64,000 nucleotides of DNA from Patescibacteria group bacterium. GTDB lineage: Bacteria > Patescibacteriota > Minisyncoccia > UBA6257 > 2-01-FULL-56-20. Made by a program: the position numbers and the translations under genes. Shown here one piece after another: positions 9,871 to 16,417 of the stretch. Within the stretch, counting starts at the first letter, position 1; the number at the start of each line of letters is the position of its first letter. Under the pieces are notes generated by a model that had not been told where the DNA came from, ran no database searches, and saw nothing but the letters and a program-made list of their open reading frames with translations. The DNA lies in contig JBBTVY010000005.1 in the NCBI GenBank assembly GCA_038063055.1, positions 2,444 to 66,443 of the forward strand, read 5' to 3'.

Positions 9871-10328
9871 CAGGGTAATAGGGTTTTAGGGGTTAGGGTA
9901 TAGAGTATGCGGATTTAGCGTTTATTTTTTAGTTTTTTAATTAAAACAAACAACATTTTTTGAATCTCTGTAAGTAAATTTCCGGCTTTTAAAACATCAA
10001 CTTCGGGGTAAATGCTTTTGATGAGAATAATTTGTGTTTCTAATTCTGCGGCCGAAGCATCTGCAACACTCAAAAATTGTAAATATTCTCCTAACCCATG
10101 CCTTTTATAGCCTTCCGCAATATTTGATGGTACAGAAACAGCCGATCGTCTTATTTGACTAACCAATCCATAAATTTCACTTTTGGGAAGTTTATTGCTT
10201 AAATCGTAAACCTCTTTTACTAATAAAATAGATTTCTTCCAAACTTCTAATTCTTTATAAGATTTTAAATACATTTGTATTATACCCCCTACCCTTTTAC
10301 CCTACTACCCTATAACCCTATACCCTAG
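9871..10328. mobile_element. Repeat-armed element carrying four helix bundle ORF (copy 2)
   Basis: Left arm of TAGGG(T)-like units (9871-9909); complementary right arm of ACCCTA-like units (10281-10328). Confidence 0.75.
9915..10274 (-). CDS. Four helix bundle protein (23S rRNA IVS / bAvd-like)
   Basis: SYKELEVW, YGLVSQIRRSAVSVPSNIAEG and ELETQ motifs. Confidence 0.92.
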   Translation of the reverse strand: MYLKSYKELEVWKKSILLVKEVYDLSNKLPKSEIYGLVSQIRRSAVSVPSNIAEGYKRHGLGEYLQFLSVADASAAELETQIILIKSIYPEVDVLKAGNLLTEIQKMLFVLIKKLKNKR

Positions 10329-13114
10329 TTACTAACACAGCTAAACGTAATCGTGTCCGCATAGACCCCGCCGGTTGCGCTTGCTCCTACTGTGGCTTTG
10401 TGGGTAACCACTACTTCCCTGTTGGTTACGGCGGCAGTTGAAGAAGCGAGAATCACCGTAGTCGTGGCAAGGCCTCCCACCGTGTTGCCGCTTTGGAGAT
10501 AGCGGATATTCAGAGTAAGCGTTCCTCCGCTCCCGGCTGTTGTCGTGGCTCCCTGAATTCCGTAACCGTCGGTATTCGCGGCAAGGGTCGCGGTGGCGTT
10601 AAAAGCGGCATCCGGCGATTTGATTAAGTAGTTGATTGTCGTGGACGCGTACAATCCCCCGCCGGTGGTACTGCTGCCGTTATCGTTGACATAAAGAACA
10701 CAGCCAAGCGCTCCGTCGCAAGACATGGAAGTCGATGCGTTGGGAGAAGAAGTGAAGATGCCAGTCGTGTCTATCGTGCCGAAATCCGTGCTCGAAGCGC
10801 TGGCGGAACAGGAAACGGTTGCAGTCGGAGTGAAAGATGCGACTGCGTAAACGGAATAAGTCGTTAAACCCGTTCCGGCGTCGCTTACTCTGAAATAATA
10901 AGTCGCCGAAGAGGCGTTGGAAGTGGACATAATTGAATATTCAACTTCGGTAAATCGGATTCCGCTCAGAAGTTCGGAGTTCGCCTGATTTCTGCTTGTG
11001 GTCGCCACAACTTCGGCGGCGTTGAAAATTATGTTTTCGTCGGTCGTTCCTCCGGTGGAAGTGGCGATGTTCGTGGTTGCCGTGCCATCGGCAACCAAAC
11101 TCGACGTGGACATTTGCCACTCTCTCGTGCCTGCGGTCGAAGTCGCCAGTTGCGTCCACGTTCCGGAAGTAGAGTTGGCCTGATATTCTATTCTGAATTG
11201 GGCCGAACTGGTGGCATCGCCCTCGTTTGAAATTTCAAAACGCAGGCGCTTGACGGTTCCGATTCCTTGTATCGACAACGAAGTGTCTTCGCTGGCCGCC
11301 GCCGTCGAGGTCGCTTCACTGCCGTCGTCGTTGCGCCAATGGTAGTGGATTTGGGTCATGTTGGCGGCAAGGATGCTGGTTTGGCCGTATATGTTATAGC
11401 TGGCGTCGTTAATGCAGCTGCTTGTGCACCGGACTGAATTGACAACACTAGCCGAGAAGCCGGCCGACGAAGTGGCTGAAAAGGACTCGCCATAAGTATT
11501 TTCTAAGGTATTCGGGAAGCTGTAACTCGTGGTCGCGTTGTTTATACCCAATTCGAGAAATTGGGCCGCGACACCGTTGCCGGAGCTGCTGTCGTCGTAT
11601 TCGCCGTCAAGCCAGGCCCATTTGGCCGTGGTTGATGAGTCGGCGAGGGTTGTATTTATGCTTGTCGTTGCAAAACTGGTTCCGACCGACATATTCGATT
11701 GCGCCAAAAAAGAAAGATAATTGTTAAGGTTGGCGTTCGCCACCGGAGAGTTCGTATGGTCATAGCTCCAAAAAAGTTTCATGCCGCGTATGCTTGTGGC
11801 GCCAGAAGTGCTGAACGCCGAACAAACTATTTTGTCGCCGCCCGTTGTGGTCGCCAAATTGGCGGCAACGTTCCAAACAGGAGTTGCGTAACCGGTGGTG
11901 TCGTTGGCGGGCGGCGTTTCGGTTATGGCGGTTGTCGTCAGGTTTGTGCAGGGCGTGCCAGGGCCGAGAGTCGCGTTCATACCCGGATTCGCGGTTGCGG
12001 TGAAATTTGTCCTGCCTAAAAGAAACGCGTTAGTTGATGAAGGAGAGGTTTCTGGAATATTTATCGTGGTAGTCGCCAGCAGCGTAGCCGTACTCGCGGT
12101 GTTGGTATTTTGCATTAGCCAAACCTGGATGTTTTTGCGGAGTTTCGAACTTGCGTTGAAATTGAAAGTGTATGTGGCGACTGCGACTGCGTTGGGGTTG
12201 CTTAAAGAATTACTACTTATACTTTGCATTTTAAAAGTGTGATTGCCGGAAGGAGAAGCATCAGCGGTTGTCGGACTATTCAACATTAAAACGCTGTAAG
12301 AATCCCCTAATTGCGCGAAAGTAGCGGCGCTTGTCGCCTCCGAATCCCATCCTACGCCGACCGTTATCGCCGTCGTAGTCGAAATCCTCGCCCTGAATTC
12401 GGCCCAAAATTGGTTCGAGGAACTCGCGCCAACGGAAAAAGTCGTTGTGGCGCCGCTTTCCGGCAAACCGAAATTGAAATTCGCCGAAGTTACCAGCGCC
12501 TTGCCCATCTGCGAGCTGGTGGCGAACACGAATCTATAGTCGGTGTTTACCTGCGTGGGGGCAAACGGGTCATAGTCATAAGTAATAATAAGTTTTGCGC
12601 TTTCCGCGGACCGCGTGGGACCGGTAATTTTCGTGGTAAATATCATCGCGTAAGTTCCGCTGGCGTTGCCGATTAACGTTTGCATGGCGCTTGTCGCGTC
12701 AAGCCGAAAAGCAATCCATCTGTTCTCGGCGCTGTCGGTCAAAGTGCTCGGACAAGTCAAACTCTGGGCGATTCCGCCCTGAACGTTCAAAGTAAATGTA
12801 CAGGCCGAAATGCTTGCGGTGCTTGGGTGCGTATTATAAGAAATATACGCCGAACGGATTGGCTGGGAGGTGGGAACCATATCCGGAAGCGCGATGACAA
12901 ACGCGTAAGTCGACGTTACTCCGTTTGCGATGGGGGTCGTGGAAATAATCGAACCGATAAAAAACTCGATTGTCTTGGTTTTTGCGGCGGCTTCGGCGAC
13001 TTGAACCTGAAGAGTTAGGTCGCGCGATTTGAAACTCGATAAAAAATCAACCGGCGCGGGAATGGCGATAGTGGAAATCAAAAGCGCTACCAGAAATTTT
13101 CTTTTGGTATTCAT
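10325..13114 (-). CDS. Large secreted Ser/Thr-rich surface protein (929 aa) with C-terminal WxL/fimbrial-like domain
   Basis: Signal peptide; beta-rich; ends GVYADTITFSCVSN like the 221-aa ORF. Confidence 0.7.
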   Translation of the reverse strand: MNTKRKFLVALLISTIAIPAPVDFLSSFKSRDLTLQVQVAEAAAKTKTIEFFIGSIISTTPIANGVTSTYAFVIALPDMVPTSQPIRSAYISYNTHPSTASISACTFTLNVQGGIAQSLTCPSTLTDSAENRWIAFRLDATSAMQTLIGNASGTYAMIFTTKITGPTRSAESAKLIITYDYDPFAPTQVNTDYRFVFATSSQMGKALVTSANFNFGLPESGATTTFSVGASSSNQFWAEFRARISTTTAITVGVGWDSEATSAATFAQLGDSYSVLMLNSPTTADASPSGNHTFKMQSISSNSLSNPNAVAVATYTFNFNASSKLRKNIQVWLMQNTNTASTATLLATTTINIPETSPSSTNAFLLGRTNFTATANPGMNATLGPGTPCTNLTTTAITETPPANDTTGYATPVWNVAANLATTTGGDKIVCSAFSTSGATSIRGMKLFWSYDHTNSPVANANLNNYLSFLAQSNMSVGTSFATTSINTTLADSSTTAKWAWLDGEYDDSSSGNGVAAQFLELGINNATTSYSFPNTLENTYGESFSATSSAGFSASVVNSVRCTSSCINDASYNIYGQTSILAANMTQIHYHWRNDDGSEATSTAAASEDTSLSIQGIGTVKRLRFEISNEGDATSSAQFRIEYQANSTSGTWTQLATSTAGTREWQMSTSSLVADGTATTNIATSTGGTTDENIIFNAAEVVATTSRNQANSELLSGIRFTEVEYSIMSTSNASSATYYFRVSDAGTGLTTYSVYAVASFTPTATVSCSASASSTDFGTIDTTGIFTSSPNASTSMSCDGALGCVLYVNDNGSSTTGGGLYASTTINYLIKSPDAAFNATATLAANTDGYGIQGATTTAGSGGTLTLNIRYLQSGNTVGGLATTTVILASSTAAVTNREVVVTHKATVGASATGGVYADTITFSCVSN

Positions 13115-13240
13115 CCCGTTAGAGACAGGCCGCCTTTAGACGGCCGTAAACCAGCGGCTATAACCGCAGCATACTTTTTTGATTTGCTACAAGAATATTT
13201 CATAAATTGTCATTGCTTAGTTGTCTCTAACGGGATTCAT
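13109..13240. mobile_element. MITE-like element with 15-bp TIRs and ATTCAT direct repeat
   Basis: atcccgttagagaca (13113-13127) / tgtctctaacgggat (13222-13236); attcat at 13109-13114 and 13235-13240. Confidence 0.85.
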
Positions 13241-13310
13241 CACAAACAATTCGGTCATATAATTTCCCCTTGTCGGCAATTCTATTTTTTATCTGCAAAT
13301 ACGTAGAGGT

Positions 13311-13649
13311 TCATTTCTTTTTCGCCGCCGCAAGCGCGAACCAGTCGAAATATGGCATAAGTCCGTTAAGCGTGCTTCCATAGAGCTTGCCGCCATAAAC
13401 CGCGTCCCCGAAAACTTCTCTGGCTCTGGCGATTTCCCGAAGCCGCCCTTTCCATCGAGGGTCATCGAGAGTCAAATCAAAAAGTTCAAAAGCGCGCTCC
13501 GCCGCCATTTGGAAATTTTCTTCGTTTTTGCCTTGCGCCGCGGCGGCGGCGCGAAAAACTTCACTACCGATATTGCCCATTTGTTCGGCCAAAGAAAGTT
13601 TCTGCCATTTCCCCGCGGCAAGTCCGCTATGAATAAATTTTTCGTTCAT
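13311..13649 (-). CDS. Hypothetical helical protein coupled to the DUF5674-like gene
   Basis: LSLAEQMGNIGSEV motif; ATGA-type overlap with upstream gene. Confidence 0.75.
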   Translation of the reverse strand: MNEKFIHSGLAAGKWQKLSLAEQMGNIGSEVFRAAAAAQGKNEENFQMAAERAFELFDLTLDDPRWKGRLREIARAREVFGDAVYGGKLYGSTLNGLMPYFDWFALAAAKKK

Positions 13650-14032
13650 TGTTTTATCAATTTTTTTACAACTTGTCTTATTTTTTCTTTCACAGCATCG
13701 CTTTCAACGTTCCGCGACCTGTTTCCGAAAGCGGGCTTCAAATTAATCATTGAATCAAATTCAATCCGTTCATCTTCCCTGCCTTCGCCAAGGCTTCGGA
13801 GGGCAGGCGGTTTTTTGGGATAGATATTTATTCCCCAAGTATTTTCCCGTTTCGAATTTTCTTGTTCCATAAGAATCGCTTCTTCGTCTGCGTGCAATTC
13901 GCCGCCAATGGCCATAATTTCTTGAGCTATATCCACCGCCGCTTTTACAAGGTCTCCAAATCCCTCGTTCGCCATCCGGAGAAGCTCTGAAATTTCAATC
14001 GGTTTTTCTGTTTTTATTATTCTGATATCCAT
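13646..14032 (-). CDS. DUF5674-like protein with 10-aa palindrome insertion
   Basis: VKAAVDI...GGELHADEE...WGINIYP...IEFDSMIN pattern. Confidence 0.7.
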   Translation of the reverse strand: MDIRIIKTEKPIEISELLRMANEGFGDLVKAAVDIAQEIMAIGGELHADEEAILMEQENSKRENTWGINIYPKKPPALRSLGEGREDERIEFDSMINLKPAFGNRSRNVESDAVKEKIRQVVKKLIKQ

Positions 14033-14044
14033 AATTTTGGTCTA

Positions 14045-15727
14045 TCACGGCCAATCGAACATCTGCGCCGGTATAAGATGCCGTGTCTGCGAATCGTAAT
14101 AAGCGGCGTCTACGGCGTATTTTCCAGGTATCATTTCAGATGTTTTTATCCCGTAATCAGGATTCGCGTCTGGAGCCACAATATCGAATTCCGCCTGCTT
14201 GGTAATCGGGTCGAAATCTTTCGCATAGAGCTGGGCAGAATCAAGAAATGACTTGTCTTGTACTCCGCCAAAGGAAAAGCCATTATCGGTGCCGTTTCTA
14301 TATAACTCGATATCGGCCGGGTAAAGGAAGACATTCAACGATTGTCCATAGAAATCACCGAGATACTGGATTTTAACGTGGACTGTGTCCGCTGTTTTCG
14401 TTATGGAAACGATTGTCGGCGGCGGAACGAACGGCGCGGGAACCGGCGGCGGGATTTCCATTGTCACATTCGGACTTACTTGTATTATCCGCGGCTGTTC
14501 CAGCTCGATATTTGCGGTGTTCGCGAAAGCCGGTGGCACGTCGTAATTGACCTTAAGAAGCATTCCGTCGAGGTATATAACCGGAACAGGGTTAAGGGAA
14601 GTCAGTATTATTTTTGCCTGGATTTGGAGCGTTTTCAACTCGTCCCATTTTGAAACCGGAATTGTCAGTTTAAGGTCGCGCCAGTTCTGCGGGCTAACTT
14701 TTTGAAGCTCAACCCAGTTCTGACCGTCCGTGCTGTAATTTATTTGAATAAAGTTTTCGTCCGGAATCGGAGCTTGAATTGGTATCGCGATGTCCGATTG
14801 CCCGCCCTGCTTGTCCCGAGTTATATCGAGGGGAGCCGCGTCGAAGGGCTCGCCCGAAGAAGATGATTTGGTTGAACTACCTGTTTCCGGAGAATTTTCC
14901 TGCGAAAATATGTTCAGTATGTTCGCGGATTCAAGAGAATCATTTTTTGCGTTTGGAGCTTGGCTCGGCGCGTCTGTTGTTGTAGCATCCGTTGTGTTTT
15001 CACTACTCGCAGAAACGGGTTGTTGCGTAGCCGTGTTGTCTTGCGGTGTTTGCCCGCCGGAAGTCGTTGAAGAAACTTCCTGCGCGAAGGCCTTGTTCAA
15101 AAATTTTGAAAATATATTAAAGAGAAAAGAAGTCGTAGAAGAAGAATTTTCGGGCGTCGAGGTTGGCGTTGTTTCCGGGACGACTGAATCGGAAGAACTT
15201 GGCGATGGCGCCGGCGGAGTTTCTCCGGACGAAATTATTTCTGTTTCGGATTGAACGTTCGTCTGAACGCTCTCCCCTATTTGCCAAACAAGCGACAACG
15301 CGACATTTTTGACATCTCCCTTAACCTCAAAATCGGAAGGAATAAAACTGCCGCAGAAGATAATTTTATCTCCCTCTGAATCAGATTGTCTGTAAACGGC
15401 GGAGTTCGATTCGTTAAACGAAGGGCTGACATTATCAATGGTTTCCGGAAGGCCTTGCGCGCCTGACGGATTTTGCCAGGTTCCAAGGCACGTTGCCGGA
15501 TAGAAATCCGCCAGTTCAGCTTTGGTAAGCACGTTGCGTATCATGAAAGTTCCGCCGATTACGATGGCCACAACCACGAGCAGAAACACGGGGCGATACT
15601 TTTCATAAAAAGAAGGTTTTAAGTTTACCGTAAAATCGTGAAATCGCCGGAAAATACCCCTTGATTTCGGCGCGGGATGGATATCCGAAAAACTGCGAGT
15701 CTGCTTCGCTTTTCCTGAAGCTTTCAT
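14045..15727 (-). CDS. Membrane-anchored exported protein with low-complexity S/T/P linker
   Basis: 560-aa ORF, single TM near aa 50-63; TATAAT 7 nt before ATG. Confidence 0.7.
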   Translation of the reverse strand: MKASGKAKQTRSFSDIHPAPKSRGIFRRFHDFTVNLKPSFYEKYRPVFLLVVVAIVIGGTFMIRNVLTKAELADFYPATCLGTWQNPSGAQGLPETIDNVSPSFNESNSAVYRQSDSEGDKIIFCGSFIPSDFEVKGDVKNVALSLVWQIGESVQTNVQSETEIISSGETPPAPSPSSSDSVVPETTPTSTPENSSSTTSFLFNIFSKFLNKAFAQEVSSTTSGGQTPQDNTATQQPVSASSENTTDATTTDAPSQAPNAKNDSLESANILNIFSQENSPETGSSTKSSSSGEPFDAAPLDITRDKQGGQSDIAIPIQAPIPDENFIQINYSTDGQNWVELQKVSPQNWRDLKLTIPVSKWDELKTLQIQAKIILTSLNPVPVIYLDGMLLKVNYDVPPAFANTANIELEQPRIIQVSPNVTMEIPPPVPAPFVPPPTIVSITKTADTVHVKIQYLGDFYGQSLNVFLYPADIELYRNGTDNGFSFGGVQDKSFLDSAQLYAKDFDPITKQAEFDIVAPDANPDYGIKTSEMIPGKYAVDAAYYDSQTRHLIPAQMFDWP

Positions 15728-15887
15728 ACGTTAAATTATAACACCTGAAGACGGAATATCTCCAAAAAAAATTGTGGAAAAACGGCATATCCGTTTAACA
15801 TAATGATAACGATGCGAAACCCTATGCGAATAACGCAAAATTTTTTCGCATAATTCGCACGGTTAATTCGATAATTTCGCATTATGT

Positions 15888-15992
15888 CTAACGAAGAGGT
15901 ATGTTGGATATTCCGAGAAAACCGACAGCCACCACTATTATCAGCATTACCAGAATGGCCACGACAATTATCTTTTTGCCTTTCTTTGCCAT
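15888..15992 (-). CDS. Small single-TM peptide (34 aa)
   Basis: MAKKGKKIIVVAILVMLIIVVAVGFLG..., TATAAT shortly upstream. Confidence 0.5.
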   Translation of the reverse strand: MAKKGKKIIVVAILVMLIIVVAVGFLGISNIPLR

Positions 15993-16126
15993 TTCCGTTA
16001 AATTATAAACGACATTTTGCCTGCCTGCTATTATATCCCGCTTATAACTGGGAGGTTGTCTAACTCGCCCCGCCAAATATAATATGAATTGCCGCCTTTA
16101 ACATATAAGAAACTTCTGCGCATTGC

Positions 16127-16197
16127 TGCGGGATCGTCTAATGGTAGGACACCGGCCTTTGAAGCCGGGTATGATGGTTCGAATCCATCTCCCGCAG
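16127..16197 (+). tRNA. tRNA-Gln (UUG), no encoded CCA
   Basis: TGCGGGA/TCCCGCA acceptor stem, CCGGC-CTTTGAA-GCCGG anticodon arm, GGTTCGAATCC T arm. Confidence 0.93.
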
Positions 16198-16355
16198 CAA
16201 TGCGCAGAAGCTCGGGGCAGGAAAAGCTACTTATCCGGATAACACTGCTTGCAGTATTTATAGTTATCGGAGTCGGGCGAGCCGACATAGAAACAACTTG
16301 GAGTGGAAGCGAAAGCGGGAGCGCCGCCTGCCTGTCGGCAGGCAGGTATCCAGAG

Positions 16356-16391
16356 AAGAAAAACCGCTGATTAACTTCAGCGGTTTTTCTT
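16356..16391. terminator. Bidirectional intrinsic terminator
   Basis: aagaaaaaccgctga / tcagcggtttttctt between convergent tRNA and LamG gene. Confidence 0.85.
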
Positions 16392-16417
16392 TTGTGAAGA
16401 TTAAACGAGCCAGACTC

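Noticed and set aside
6476-10274. Diversity-generating retroelement suggested by Avd-like proteins
   Set aside because: No reverse transcriptase, and no template/variable repeat pair with adenine-specific mismatches, was seen in the window.
9871-10328. Telomere-like TTAGGG/CCCTAA repeats or eukaryotic contamination
   Set aside because: The units are degenerate and short, and form inverted arms around a bacterial gene within a continuous operon.
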